A stretch of DNA of 64,000 bases from Spirochaetia bacterium (GCA_965199955.1 CBDATQ010000001.1:192001-256000), one strand, 5' to 3'; positions 40,373 through 52,623 are shown, counted from the stretch's first letter. Numbers and translations: made by a program. Notes: generated from the sequence alone by a model not told the origin.

Positions 40373-41113
40373 ATGATCAACGTGACGGTGTGGTGCGAGT
40401 TCATCCAGGAACGGGAGGATCCCGAGGTCGCGGCGGTGTACCCGCACGGAATCCACGAGGCGATCGCCGAGGGGCTGCGGCGCGAGGACGACCTGACGGT
40501 GACCACCGCCAGCCTGGACCAGCCCGATCAGGGGCTGTGGCAGGAGCGGCTCGACGCCACCGATGTGCTGATCTGGTGGGGCCACAAGGCACACGACCGC
40601 GTCGACGATGCCACCGTCGACCGGGTGCAGCTCCGCGCCAACGACGGCATGGGCCTGATCCTGCTGCACTCCTCGCACGTCTCGAAGATCATGACGCGGG
40701 TGCTCGGGACGCGTTGCAGCCTCCGCCACCGCGAGATCGGCGAGCGCGAGCGCGTCTGGAACATCGAGCCCAACCACCCGATCACGCAGGGGATCGGCGA
40801 TTACTTCGAGATCGAGCACGAGGAGCTGTACGGCGAGCGGTTCGACATCCCGCAGCCCGACGAGCTGATCTTCATCTCCTGGTTCGAAGGGGGCGAGGTG
40901 TTCCGCTCGGGCGTCACCTACCGGCGCGGCAACGGCAGGATCTTCTATTTCCAGCCCGGGCACGAAACCTACCCCATCTACTACCAGCCGGAGATCGTCC
41001 GCGTGCTTGTCAACGCCGTGCGCTGGGCCAGGCCGCTGCGCATCATCCCCGGCGTGCGCGGCATCAAGGCCGAGCCGCTGGAACGGGTTCGGGAGAGGAA
41101 CACATCAAGCTGA
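40373..41113 (+). CDS. ThuA domain protein
   Basis: VTVWCEF, YPHGIH, DVLIWWGH.AH, LHSSH, ISWFEGGEVFRSG, FYFQPGHETYP. Confidence 0.93.
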   Translation: MINVTVWCEFIQEREDPEVAAVYPHGIHEAIAEGLRREDDLTVTTASLDQPDQGLWQERLDATDVLIWWGHKAHDRVDDATVDRVQLRANDGMGLILLHSSHVSKIMTRVLGTRCSLRHREIGERERVWNIEPNHPITQGIGDYFEIEHEELYGERFDIPQPDELIFISWFEGGEVFRSGVTYRRGNGRIFYFQPGHETYPIYYQPEIVRVLVNAVRWARPLRIIPGVRGIKAEPLERVRERNTSS

Positions 41114-41191
41114 TGCCGGGGAGCTTATTCCCGCTGGCGAAGTATTCGAAGAGACGACGGTGCTGAGATCATTCATGTCCGCCAGGGAAGC

Positions 41192-42214
41192 ATGACCGCC
41201 GACGAACTGCGCGCGCGGCTGGAGCGCTTCCCTCGCCTGTCGCTCGGCGTCTACCCCACGCCGCTGCAGCCGGCGCCCGGACTGAGCAGAGAGCTGGGCC
41301 GCACCGTGCTGGTCAAGCGCGAGGACCTGTCCGGCCTGGCCTTCGGCGGCAACAAGGTCCGGCACATGGAGCTGCTCATGACGGAGGTGCGGCGCGCCGG
41401 CGCCGACACCGTGCTCAACGTCATGGGCTACCACTCCAACAACGCCCGGCTGGCGGCGGCCGCCTGCGTGCGCGCCGGCTTGCGCTACCATGTCTTTCTG
41501 CGCCATGCGGCGGGGATGCCGGTGCAGGGCAACAGCCTGGTCGACCACCTGCTCGGCGCGGCCGTGCACCTGCTGAACGACGACGAGTCGGAGCGGGACA
41601 TGGAGCTGGCGCGCGGCGTGGCCGAGCGGCTGCGGCGCGCCGGCGCCGTGCCGTACGTCATGAACGACGAGCTGTTCCCGAAGCTGGCCGGCATGATCGG
41701 CTTCGCGGACGCCGGCCTGGAGCTTGCCGATCAACTCCGTGCCGCCGCGGTCAGCGGTCCGGTGCGGGTGGTGTGCGTGGCCGGCCGCAGTCTGTGCGGG
41801 CTGGCGCTGGCGTCGCTCAACCTGGATCTGGGCTGGCGCTTCACGGGCGTCCGCGTGGCTTCCGCGCCGGCGCTGGACGACTACATCTTCGGTAATGCCG
41901 AGACAGTGCGACAGCGGCTGGATTTGCCGCGCACCTACGCGCCCGAGGACTTCGACATCGTCGAACGCTACGCCGGGCCCGGCGGGCCGGCGCCTGCGGT
42001 CCTGGACGCGGTGCGGCTGGCGGCGCGCAGCGACGGGCTGATGGTCGATCCCAACTACACCGGCGTGGCGCTTGCCGGCCTGATCGACCGCATCGACGAC
42101 GGCGCGGTCGGCGCCGACGAGACGGTCGTGTTCGTGCACACCGGCGGCACGCCGGCGATCTTCAGCTACGCCGAGGAGCTGGTTCCGGCCGAGACGCTGG
42201 CGGTGACGCCGTAA
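41192..42214 (+). CDS. PLP-dependent D-cysteine desulfhydrase/ACC deaminase family protein
   Basis: [40 protein letters not shown]. Confidence 0.88.
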   Translation: MTADELRARLERFPRLSLGVYPTPLQPAPGLSRELGRTVLVKREDLSGLAFGGNKVRHMELLMTEVRRAGADTVLNVMGYHSNNARLAAAACVRAGLRYHVFLRHAAGMPVQGNSLVDHLLGAAVHLLNDDESERDMELARGVAERLRRAGAVPYVMNDELFPKLAGMIGFADAGLELADQLRAAAVSGPVRVVCVAGRSLCGLALASLNLDLGWRFTGVRVASAPALDDYIFGNAETVRQRLDLPRTYAPEDFDIVERYAGPGGPAPAVLDAVRLAARSDGLMVDPNYTGVALAGLIDRIDDGAVGADETVVFVHTGGTPAIFSYAEELVPAETLAVTP

Positions 42215-44216
42215 CGGCCCGCCGACCCGCGCCGTTGCCGGTGCCGAGCGCGGCGATGATCGCGTCCGGGTCGTAAACGCAGCCGGCCCAGGTACCGCCG
42301 CTGGCGGCCTGCAGCGCCGCCCACAGCCGCGTGTCGTCGGGCAGGCCGGGGTGCGGCGCGATGCACGGTGCGGTCGGACGCGCGGCCAGCGCGGCCTGCG
42401 CCTGTTCCGGAGACAACTCGCCTTCGTCCTCCGTGGCGACCAGCTCCACCGAGCCGGTCAGCTCGCCGCGGTCGACCACGATCTCGACCGTGTCGCCATC
42501 CCGCAACCGGCCGATCGGCCCGCCGGCCAGTGCTTCCGGACCGATGTGGCCCACGCACGCCCCGGTGGAGACGCCGGAGAAGCGGCCGTCGGTGAGCACC
42601 GCCACCTGCTTGCCCCAGGGGATGAACTTGAGCGCGGAGGTCACCTGGTAGATCTCCTCCATGCCGGTCCCGGCCGGGCCGATGCCGGCGACCACCACCA
42701 CGTCGCCGGCCTGCACCGGGTGCTCGCCCTTCCCCTTGATCGCCGCGACCGCCGCGCCCTCGCTCCCGAACAGTCGCACCGGACCCCGGTGGCGGTAGAC
42801 TCCGTCCGCGCCGACCACGCTCGGGTCGATCGCCGTCGCCTTGATGACCGATCCGTCGGGCGCGAGCGAACCGCTCGGGAAGACGACGGTGCTGGTCAGC
42901 CCCCGGCGGCGGGCGGTGTCCGGGTCCATGATCACCAGATCGGGGTCGACGCCGTCCTCCTCGAGGCAGTGGCGGCGCAGCTCGTGGCGGCGTGGCGAGT
43001 CCTGCCAGCGGTCCAGCGCCTCGCCCCAGGTCACCCCGGCCGCGGTCAGCGCCGCCGGGTCGATCAGGCCGGCGCGGCGCAGGTGCAGCATCACCTCCGG
43101 CACGCCGCCGGCGACGAACACCCGCACCGTCGGGTGGTTGGCGGGACCGTTGGGCAGCGCGTCGACCAGCCGCGGGGTGGCGCGGTTGACCCGGCTCCAG
43201 TCGGCGACGCCGGGCACCGGCAGGCCGGCCGCGTGCGCGAACGCGGGAATATGCAGCAGCAGGTTGGTCGAGCCCCCGAAGGCGGCATGCACGACCATCG
43301 CGTTGTCGACCGCGCGCCGGTCCAGGATGTCGGCCATCGACCGGCCGGCCGCGCGCTGGGCGACCACCGCCGCGGCGGCGCGGCGCCCCATGTCCAGCCA
43401 GATCGGCTGCCCGGACGGCGCCAGCGCGGTATGCGGCAACGCCAGCCCCAGCCCCTCCGCGACCACCTGCGCCGTCGCGGCCGTGCCCAGGAACTGGCAG
43501 CCGCCGCCGGCCGAGCCGCACGCCTTGCAGCCGGCGGTCGCCGCCTCGTCCAGGGTGATCAGGCCGTGCGCGAAGCGGGCGCCGATGGTCTGCACGGTGC
43601 CCAGGTCTTCGGCGCCGCGGGCCGGCAGGGTCACCCCGCCGGGGATCGCCACGCCCGGCAGCGCCCGCTCCCCGGCCAGCGCCAGCAGCATCGCCGGCAG
43701 CCCCTTGTCGCAGGAGGCGACGCCGATGACCCCCTGCCGGGTAGGCAGCGAGCGCGCCAGCCGGCGCATCACGATCGCGGCGTCGTTGCGGTAGGGCAGG
43801 CTGTCCATCATTCCCGGCGTCCCCTGCGAGCGCCCGTCGCACGGATCGGTGACGTGCGCGGCGAACGGGATGCAGCCGCCGGCCGCCAGCGCCTCCGCCG
43901 CCGCGCGCACCAGCAGGTGCACCTCCCAGTGGCCGGTGTGGTAGCCCAGCGCCACCGGCGATCCGTCCTCGGCGCGCAGGCCGCCGTGGGTGGACAAGAG
44001 CAGGTACGCGGGGCCGCCGGAGCGGTCCGGGTGCCAGCCCATGCCCACGTTCTGGGTCAGGGCGAACAGGTTGCCGCTCGGCTCCTCGCGCAGCATGCGC
44101 TCGGTGAGCGGGATGGTCCCGGGCGTGCCATCGCCGGAGGTGGCCGGAAGGGACGGCGACTCGAATCCGAGGATGGAATCGAGGTCGCCGGCGTGCGCGT
44201 CGGAGACGGCGGCCAC
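42162..44216 (-). CDS. YjhG/YagF family D-xylonate dehydratase (IlvD/Edd family)
   Basis: [61 protein letters not shown]. Confidence 0.92.
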   Translation of the reverse strand: MAAVSDAHAGDLDSILGFESPSLPATSGDGTPGTIPLTERMLREEPSGNLFALTQNVGMGWHPDRSGGPAYLLLSTHGGLRAEDGSPVALGYHTGHWEVHLLVRAAAEALAAGGCIPFAAHVTDPCDGRSQGTPGMMDSLPYRNDAAIVMRRLARSLPTRQGVIGVASCDKGLPAMLLALAGERALPGVAIPGGVTLPARGAEDLGTVQTIGARFAHGLITLDEAATAGCKACGSAGGGCQFLGTAATAQVVAEGLGLALPHTALAPSGQPIWLDMGRRAAAAVVAQRAAGRSMADILDRRAVDNAMVVHAAFGGSTNLLLHIPAFAHAAGLPVPGVADWSRVNRATPRLVDALPNGPANHPTVRVFVAGGVPEVMLHLRRAGLIDPAALTAAGVTWGEALDRWQDSPRRHELRRHCLEEDGVDPDLVIMDPDTARRRGLTSTVVFPSGSLAPDGSVIKATAIDPSVVGADGVYRHRGPVRLFGSEGAAVAAIKGKGEHPVQAGDVVVVAGIGPAGTGMEEIYQVTSALKFIPWGKQVAVLTDGRFSGVSTGACVGHIGPEALAGGPIGRLRDGDTVEIVVDRGELTGSVELVATEDEGELSPEQAQAALAARPTAPCIAPHPGLPDDTRLWAALQAASGGTWAGCVYDPDAIIAALGTGNGAGRRAVTASPPASRPEPAPRRS

Positions 44217-44218
44217 GG

Positions 44219-45058
44219 TCAGGATCCTGCGGTGCCGAAGCCGCCCACCGTGTTGGTGAGGGTGCCGATCGACTCGATCGTGATCGTGACCCGGTCGCCA
44301 GCGTGCAGGGTGAAGCCGTCGGGGGGAATGATGCCGGTGCCGGTCATCAGGAAGCAGCCGTCCGGGAAGGAGTTGTGCCGATACAGGAAGGAGGCCAGCT
44401 CCTGCGGCGTGCGCTTCAGCTCGGCCAGCGTGGTGGTGCCGCCGAAGACGGCCGAACCGTCGCGGCGGATCTCCATCTCGATCGCGGTCTCGGGATCGGG
44501 GCCGGTGTCGCGCACCAGGATCTCCTCTCCCAGCGCGCAGCTCTCGTCGTAGGTCTTGGCCTGCGGCAGGTAGAGCGGGTTCTCGCCCTCGATGTCGCGG
44601 GAGCTCATGTCGTTGCCGATCGTGTAGCCGAAGATGCGCCCGCGGCGGTCGATGGCCAGGGTGAGCTCCGGCTCCGGCACGTTCCAGGCGGAGTCCGCGC
44701 GGATGCGCACGGTGCCGCCGGGCGCGACCACGGTGCGGGCCGAGCCCTTGCAGAACAGCTCGGGCCGGTCGGCGGTGTAGACGCGGTCGTAGAAGCTGCC
44801 GCCGCCGGCCTCTTCCGATTCCGCCATGCGCGCGTCGCGGCTCCGGTAGTAGGTGACGCCGGCCGCCCAGATCTCCTGGCCGACCACCGGCGCCAGCGGC
44901 GCCTCGTCCGGCGCAGCCTCCGCGGCGCCGAGCCGGCCGTCCAGGTACGCCGTCAGGTCGTCCTGCCGGAACAGCTCGTCCCAGTCGTGGCCGCGGAGCA
45001 GCAGCCGCTTCCCGTCCCGCTCCACCACCGTGCCCGCGCCCGTTCTCGACAGCTTCAT
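44219..45058 (-). CDS. FAH-superfamily protein, 2-keto-3-deoxyxylonate dehydratase-like
   Basis: [48 protein letters not shown]. Confidence 0.9.
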   Translation of the reverse strand: MKLSRTGAGTVVERDGKRLLLRGHDWDELFRQDDLTAYLDGRLGAAEAAPDEAPLAPVVGQEIWAAGVTYYRSRDARMAESEEAGGGSFYDRVYTADRPELFCKGSARTVVAPGGTVRIRADSAWNVPEPELTLAIDRRGRIFGYTIGNDMSSRDIEGENPLYLPQAKTYDESCALGEEILVRDTGPDPETAIEMEIRRDGSAVFGGTTTLAELKRTPQELASFLYRHNSFPDGCFLMTGTGIIPPDGFTLHAGDRVTITIESIGTLTNTVGGFGTAGS

Positions 45059-45325
45059 GACCCGGCAAGCAGACCGGAAGCGAACCGCCCCGTCAAGGCT
45101 GCGACCGGCGCAGGCCCGGCGCCGAGGGCCTCAGGCGGGTTCGGTCTGGAACGCCGCGAGGTCGCAGGTCTCGGCATAGCCCCGCTCCCTGAGTTGTGCC
45201 AGCGCCGCTCCCTTCTCTGAACGCTCGGCGGCGTTGGCCGTCATCAGCGCCTGCTGGCAGAGAGTGATGAATTGGGAGCGCTCGCGGCCGTCCGGCTCAT
45301 GGGGTCTCGCAGAGCGCGTCGCCTG

Positions 45326-45694
45326 CTATAGCGGGCGTATCAGGTCGAAGTAGCCGTCCCTCTCAAGGTGATTATTCTGACATTCGGTGATCCGGTCGAG
45401 GAACTCGAAGAGGGTGATGTTGTTCGTGGTCAGGAACTCCTGGAAGCTCTCGCTGGTCAGGATCCCCTGCACAACCCGGCGTCCATCAGAACGCGTTGAT
45501 ATGGTGCCTTCCTTTACGTCGATGGTGGCGATCCAGGCTTCCGAGAACTCGGCGGAAAGGAGAAGCTGCGACGAGCAGAAGACGATGGAGTCGAGCAGCA
45601 TGTCCCTTCTGATATTCCGGATTTCTAGGGTGACGCACCCTGCGACGATAGCCGTGACTAGCAGCGCGGACGTGGCGATAGCGAGCTTCTTCAT
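45326..45694 (-). CDS. Hypothetical lipoprotein
   Basis: GAGGAG SD, MKKLAIATSALLVTAIVAG-C lipobox; lower GC than flanking genes. Confidence 0.7.
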   Translation of the reverse strand: MKKLAIATSALLVTAIVAGCVTLEIRNIRRDMLLDSIVFCSSQLLLSAEFSEAWIATIDVKEGTISTRSDGRRVVQGILTSESFQEFLTTNNITLFEFLDRITECQNNHLERDGYFDLIRPL

Positions 45695-46020
45695 CGTTCT
45701 CCTCATTGTCGAAACGTATTTTACTGGGCGTCGTAGGCAGCGTCGATGGCGACCTGATCCACGGGCTTTCGAAACGCGTCCTGCCGGTGTCGGCGTCGAG
45801 CTCGAACCACTCGCCGGGACCGAACTCGGCGACCTCGCGGCCATCGGACAGGATCAGCACTTCGTCCGGCTCGTCCTCTGCGGACACCGGCGGGCTCCGG
45901 AGTTCGTCATCGGCGACCGATCTGCTGACCGGCCGTCCGCTGAGGTCGGTGCCTATCTCGTGGTCAGCCATCCTGCTGTCTCGAACAGCGTATCCATCGC
46001 CTGTGCGATCGGCAAGAACT

Positions 46021-46316
46021 CGCATTGCCTCTCACCAGGAATCTAACCCTGCCGAAAGCGTGCCTCACCTAAGAATCTAACCGAAGCGGCTGGACCTCAC
46101 GGTCCGGTCCGGAGCCCTTCGCACACCGCGGAGGAGGTTCCGAGGAGATGGGGCTGACGATGGGTGAGCGCAGGGCACTCACGGAGCAGGTGGCGCGGCG
46201 GTACCGCAGCGCCGCCAGGAAGGACAAGACGGTCATCCTCGGCGAGTTCGTCGAGGCCACCGGCTACACACGCAAGTACGCGATCCATCTGCTGAACTCT
46301 TGGGGGCGCGCATTGC
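46021..46316 (+). mobile_element. IS remnant: repeat-bearing left end plus 5' ~53 codons of a transposase (ISNCY/rve-integrase type)
   Basis: MGLTMGERRAL...RYR.A.RKDK..IL.EF...TGY.RKYAI.LL from 46148 with GAGGAG SD; repeated TGCCTC..GAATCTAACC at 46026-46048 and 46061-46082. Confidence 0.75.
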
Positions 46317-46835
46317 GGGGTCAATGCGAGTCGCCGTCCGCACCCGAATACGGTGGCCTCGAGATACGCTTCTCCCGGCTGGATGCTGCTGCTGTTGACG
46401 TCGAACTGGAGACCGGCAATGCAGCCGACAGCCAGGAGGCTGGCTTGTGAGCGCAGCGCATCGTCGATGGTTCAACGCCTCGGCCGTCATATCGGGGCCG
46501 TCGACCCAGGTGGTCTTGTCCATGGCTATACCTCGTCGAATACGGAGGGCGCGACGACCGTCAGGCCGACATCGGGCGGGAGCTCGACCTCCAAGTGCTC
46601 GCGCAGCGTCTTGATCTGCGCCGCCGGAGCGCCGACCAGGGAGCGCCGGCCCCGAGGAGCTTGGATTCGGGCTGTGTGCTCGGCTGTCGGTCTGCGATGA
46701 CGACCCCGAGGAAGACCCCGAGAGTGCCTGCGAGCTGTTGACGCTGCGGCAGGTGGAGCACCGATGGGTCGCCGCCGGCACCGGGGTCAGGCATCCGCTC
46801 TCCCCGCTGCTGCGTGCATGGCAAGGGGCGGATGC

Positions 46836-47150
46836 GTGAACCTCCAGACCACGTGGGGGGAAGGGCTCGACGATGAGCAGGAAGCCACTCGACAGGCGAT
46901 CAAGTATCACGGCGTGCAGGGCGAGTTGCGGCACCACGCGAGCGAGCCTGACGCTCCAGCGATCACCATGATGTTGTCGGGCTTCACGACAGGAAGGCTT
47001 GGCGCTGATCTGTTGGGGCACGAAGCGAGCGAGCTGGCGGAAGTTCACGCCGAGTGGCTGGCGACGCCGGAAGCGACCCGACCGGCGCATCCGCTGTGGG
47101 AGCCGGTGGCGACCTGGTTCCGGGCCGGGGCTCCGGGGATGGAGCTGTGA
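46836..47150 (+). CDS. Hypothetical protein of mobile-element origin
   Basis: AAGGGG SD + GTG; GTGA coupling to next ORF; HAEWL...RPAHPLW.PV..W. Confidence 0.55.
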   Translation: MNLQTTWGEGLDDEQEATRQAIKYHGVQGELRHHASEPDAPAITMMLSGFTTGRLGADLLGHEASELAEVHAEWLATPEATRPAHPLWEPVATWFRAGAPGMEL

Positions 47151-49170
47151 CGGCAGCGGAGCGGGCGGAGCTGGAAGCGTCGAACGCTGACCTGTTGCGG
47201 CGCCGTAGCGAGCAAACCGCGCTGACGTTCTCCTCAGAGTTCACGCGCGGAGCCGCGAAGCGCACGGCGCTGGACGGCGAGGCGCAACTCGCAGGCGCAG
47301 GGCAGCAGGCGGCGACGCCAGCGGCGCAGGCGCAGCAGCGGGACGCGAGCGAGCAGAGCGAGCACGACGCGAACGTGCAGGCGCTGGCGCAGGCACTGGT
47401 CGACAACGGTGCAGGGCAGGGACGGGAGCCGGAGCCCGGCACCCCCACCCCCACCCCCACCCCCCCCCGCGCCCCCAAGGTGGAAAGGGGCGCGCGCGCC
47501 GCGCGGCCCCGGCTCCGGATACGCGGCAAGTCCCGGCCGAAATTGGCCCCGCGGGAGACGCCCCGGATACCTGCTCCCAGGAGCCGGAGACCGAGAGCCG
47601 GAAACTGGAGCCGGAGCCTGCGGCGCCCAACCCGTTCCGGCGGTTGCGCGACAACCCGCCGCCCGCCGCCAGTCCCGAGAGGATCGCGGCCAACACCCTG
47701 CCGCCGCCCGCCCGACTTGGCGACACGCGCGTCAGCACGTCCGGTGCTGACGAGTCCCGCCCGAAGGCGAAGCCGAAGCGCCGGAAGCCGGAACCGGACC
47801 CGACGCCCGGAGCCCACGACCGCAACGCCGACGCCCGGACGCGGGGCGACCGAGATCCCGTCGGGCTGGTCGAGCACGCCCTGTCCGCCACGGCCGCCAT
47901 CGAGGCGATGTCCGATGCTGCTGCCGGCGCCGGCGGCGCGCCCGTCGAGTGGGTGCGGCTGCTGGTCGGCTGGCCGGCCTGGCGCCGTGCGGTGGAGGGA
48001 GAGGGTGGAGACGCCGGCGACCTGCTGCTGGCTTCCAGTGCCCGGCAGGTGGTGGCCACGCTGGCCGGCATGCCGGAGCGGCCGGGCTCGGAGGTTTCCC
48101 TACTGGCCGCGGTGGTCGCCAGTTGGCCGGTAGCGGTCGAGCCCGACCGGCGACGGCGCGGCATCCTGCCCGCCAGCATGACGGACTCGCGGCGCCAGCA
48201 CGCCGACCATCTCCCGCTGGCGCTCGACGTCCGGACCCCGATGGGTGCGGTGCCCGGCAGCGTTGAGCAAGCGCATCTGCCCGGACTGGAACCCGCCCCT
48301 TCGGCGCTGGTCCCGGTACTGCCGATCGCGCTCTACGACCTCGCCGGCGGCACCATGCAGACCCGCGGGCGCGGCGCCCCGGTGGCGCAACGGCTGTTCT
48401 TCGAGGTGCTGATGAGCGTCGGCAGGCTCGACCGGACGCCGGGAAAGACGGTCCGCGTCGAGTCCACTTACCGGGAGTTCGTCGCTTGGCTGTGGCCGAA
48501 CCTGCGGGGGCGGGCATGGAAGCGTGAGCGTCACCTGCCGGCGCTGCACCGCGCCCTGCTGGAGCTCGACGGCATGAGGATCGAGTGGGAGCGGCAACTG
48601 TAGCGGTTGGTCGGCGTGACGGCCCGCCCACCCCGGACACCCGGCCGGACGATCCTGCCGTGTTCCGGGTGGAGCACCTACCGGGATCGGAGCGCGGCCC
48701 GATGATCGACCGCGAGGCGCTGCGGCGCTTCGGGCTGGTGTCGGCGCCGGCGTGGCGCGCCTTCCTGCGACTCGCCTATCTGTGGGACCGGGCGAGGCAC
48801 AGAACGGCGGACACCGCATCTACGCCACCCGCCCGAAGGTCGCCCGCGGCAGTGACGGCGTGCTGATGGGCCGTGACGATCACCCGGTGGTGCGCCGTGA
48901 CGGCCGCTTGGTGAGGGACTGGTCGGACCCGCGGGCGGTGCCGCTCTACGGCCCGGACGGCAAGCCGCTGACCGAGCGCAACCCATCCGCCGACCGGGTG
49001 CCGGTGCTCGGACCCGACGACCTGGTAAGGCTCGCCTACGATGACGACCTGACCACCAACAGGCGCGACCGTCTGCACAACGCCCGCAAGGCGCTTGGCG
49101 ACATGGCCGCCGCCGGCGCCGTGGTAATCGAGTCCGACGGCGACGGGCGGCGGGTGCCGGAACCGCCGCC
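47147..49170 (+). pseudogene. Large disrupted gene, possibly a replication-initiator-like protein
   Basis: Protein-like sequence reconstructed across a frameshift at the C-tract (~47460), a TAG (48601-48603) and a frameshift (~48790); truncated at junction with the HD remnant. Confidence 0.55.
47441..47468. repeat. (ACCCCC)x3 + A + C9 tract; G-quadruplex-like on minus strand
   Basis: Read directly. Confidence 0.95.
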
Positions 49171-49171
49171 G

Positions 49172-49560
49172 CTGTTGTTCATGGCGTTTGGGGAGTCCCA
49201 CAGCTTCAGCGACACTCTCGAATGCGTGGCTGAAGGGGCCATGGCCGATATCATGAAGAAATGCGGCCAACAGGACAACGCGTGCGCGGGTGTGGTCGAG
49301 GCACCCCTGCCTACGGCGGATGATCTCGATGAGTTGGCGCGCTGTGTGATAGACGCCGACGCTGTGAGCGAATCGGCTGCGTGTGGCGCCGGGGTAGACC
49401 AGGTCGGAGAAGCCGAGCTGACGGATGCGCCGTAGTCTCCCAAACTCGGGGTGTTGAGCAAATCCCAGGCGATGCGGTCGGTTTCGTCCTCGCTCTTTCC
49501 TTCGCAGAAGACAATCAGCCCGTGGACAGGGTCGCGGATGCGGCGGGGCCTTTCGGTCGT
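49172..49560 (-). pseudogene. N-terminal fragment of HD-superfamily dNTP triphosphohydrolase (SAMHD1-like)
   Basis: RIRDPVHGLI...LLNTP/frameshift ~49450/EFGRLRRIRQLGFSDLVYPGATRSRFAHSVGV...AAFLHDIGHGPFSHAFE; no start codon, 3' truncated. Confidence 0.88.
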
Positions 49561-49604
49561 CGTCCGTCCGGGCCGATACGCTTAGCGCGACGGCGTAGCA
49601 GCGG

Positions 49605-51040
<1,436 letters not shown>

Positions 51041-51044
<4 letters not shown>

Positions 51045-51358
51045 GATGCGCCTCCGCCCTTGACCGAGTCCCTGGCCTTGAACATCTCCAGCATGCGGTC
51101 GGTGACCAGGTAGCCGCCCACCACGTTGATGGTGGCGAACCCGACGGCCGCCGCGGCGAAGATCGTCACCAGGGTGCTGGAAGCGCCCTGTCCGGCGAGC
51201 GCCAGGGCGCCCACGATCGAGATCCCGGAGATCGCGTTGGACCCCGACATCAGCGGCGTATGGAGCTGCGACGGCACCTTGGTGATGAGTTCCAGTCCAA
51301 GGAACATCGCGAGCACGAAGATGAAGAACAGAAATTGAAATAGTTGTGCGGCTTCCAT
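51041..51358 (-). CDS. pntA2: NAD(P) transhydrogenase alpha-2 (membrane) subunit
   Basis: VPSQLHTPLMSGSNAISG, INVVGGYLVTDRMLEMF. Confidence 0.96.
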
Positions 51359-51430
51359 GACCCTTCTTTCCGTTGTCTTTCCCGTTCGCGGACGCCGGGG
51401 CGTCCGTTCTCTAAAAGGTGTTGTTCGGCG

Positions 51431-52570
51431 CTATCCCGAGGTGATCTTGCGGACCATCTCGTTGACCATCTGCCCGTCGTGGGTGACCAGGCTGCCGGCG
51501 ATGATCTCATCCTCCCGGTCGAGCTTCATGCCCTTGCTCTCGTCGTCCCAGAACTCGTCGACGTAGTTGTACAGGTTGTTGGCGTACATGGAGCTGGCCG
51601 AAACCGCGTAGCGGCCCGGGATGTTGCGCAGGCCGACGATCGTCACGCCGTTGACCTGCACTTCCTCACCCGCGACCGACCCTTCGACGTTGCCGCCGGA
51701 TTCGACCGCGTAGTCGACGATGATCGAGCCGGACTTCATCCGCTCCACGACCTCGGCGCTGAGCACGACCGGCGCCTTGCGCCCGAAGAGCTGCGCGGTG
51801 GTGATGACGATGTCGGCGCCGGCGCACGTATCCGCCATCAGCTCGCGCTGCTTGGCAAGCTGCTCTTCGGTGAGCTCCTTGGCGTAGCCCTGATCGGTCT
51901 GCCCGGTTTCTCCCAGGTCGACCTTGATGAACTTGGCGCCGAGCGACTTGACCTGCTCCTCCACCACCGGCCGGGTGTCGAACGCCTCCACCCGGGCGCC
52001 GAGGCGCTTGGCGGTGGCGATCGCCTGCAGGCCGGCCACGCCGGCGCCGATGATGAACGCGCGCGCCGGCTGCAACGTGCCCGACGGGGTCATCATCATC
52101 GGCATCACGGCGCCCAGCCGCTCGGCCGCCAGCACCACCATGGCGTAACCGGCGATGTTGTGCTGGGAGCTCAGGGCGTCCAGCTTCTGGGCCCGGGTGG
52201 AGCGCGGCACCAGCTCCACGCTGATCGCACTCACCCCCTGCCCGGCCAGGGCGTCGATCAGCTCCGGCTCGTTGAACGGGTCCAGGAAGCTGATATGGAT
52301 GGCCCCCTTCTTCATGGCGGAGATCTCGTCGTCCGGCGGGCGGCGAACGCGCAGGATGATGTCGGCCTTGCCGAGCTCCTGCGTGCGGTCGGTGACGACC
52401 TCGGCCCCCGCTTCGCGGTACTGGTCGTCGGAGAAGTGACAACCGGCGCCGGCGCCGGACTCGACGGCGACGACGGCCCCGTCCTTGCGTCCGTAGCGCT
52501 GCACGGTGTCGGGGGTGACGGCGGCGCGCGGCTCGCCGGGTCCGGTCTCTCTGGGAACGAAAATGCGCAT
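51431..52570 (-). CDS. pntA1: NAD(P) transhydrogenase alpha-1 (NAD-binding) subunit
   Basis: RSTRAQKLDALSS, GAGVAGLQAIATAKRLGA, GYAKE, GGNVE. Confidence 0.96.
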   Translation of the reverse strand: MRIFVPRETGPGEPRAAVTPDTVQRYGRKDGAVVAVESGAGAGCHFSDDQYREAGAEVVTDRTQELGKADIILRVRRPPDDEISAMKKGAIHISFLDPFNEPELIDALAGQGVSAISVELVPRSTRAQKLDALSSQHNIAGYAMVVLAAERLGAVMPMMMTPSGTLQPARAFIIGAGVAGLQAIATAKRLGARVEAFDTRPVVEEQVKSLGAKFIKVDLGETGQTDQGYAKELTEEQLAKQRELMADTCAGADIVITTAQLFGRKAPVVLSAEVVERMKSGSIIVDYAVESGGNVEGSVAGEEVQVNGVTIVGLRNIPGRYAVSASSMYANNLYNYVDEFWDDESKGMKLDREDEIIAGSLVTHDGQMVNEMVRKITSG

Positions 52571-52623
52571 TACACCCTTATGTGCGGTGCGATCGGCCCG
52601 GAAGTCAACCGCGGGCGGTCAGA

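Noticed and set aside
45131..45325. 64 open codons in frame after the lipoprotein TAG
   Set aside because: No start or recognisable motif; compatible with chance or a fragment, so read-through is unsupported.
45726..46025. Minus-strand ORF fragment (EVLILSDGREVAEFGPGEWFELD)
   Set aside because: No credible start or family; at most a gene relic.
51359..51430. Hairpin CGGACGCC/GGCGUCCG between pntA1 and pntA2, partly like the ABC leader
   Set aside because: Lacks CGAGG, the anti-SD and the spacing to the ATG; likely an ordinary intercistronic stem.
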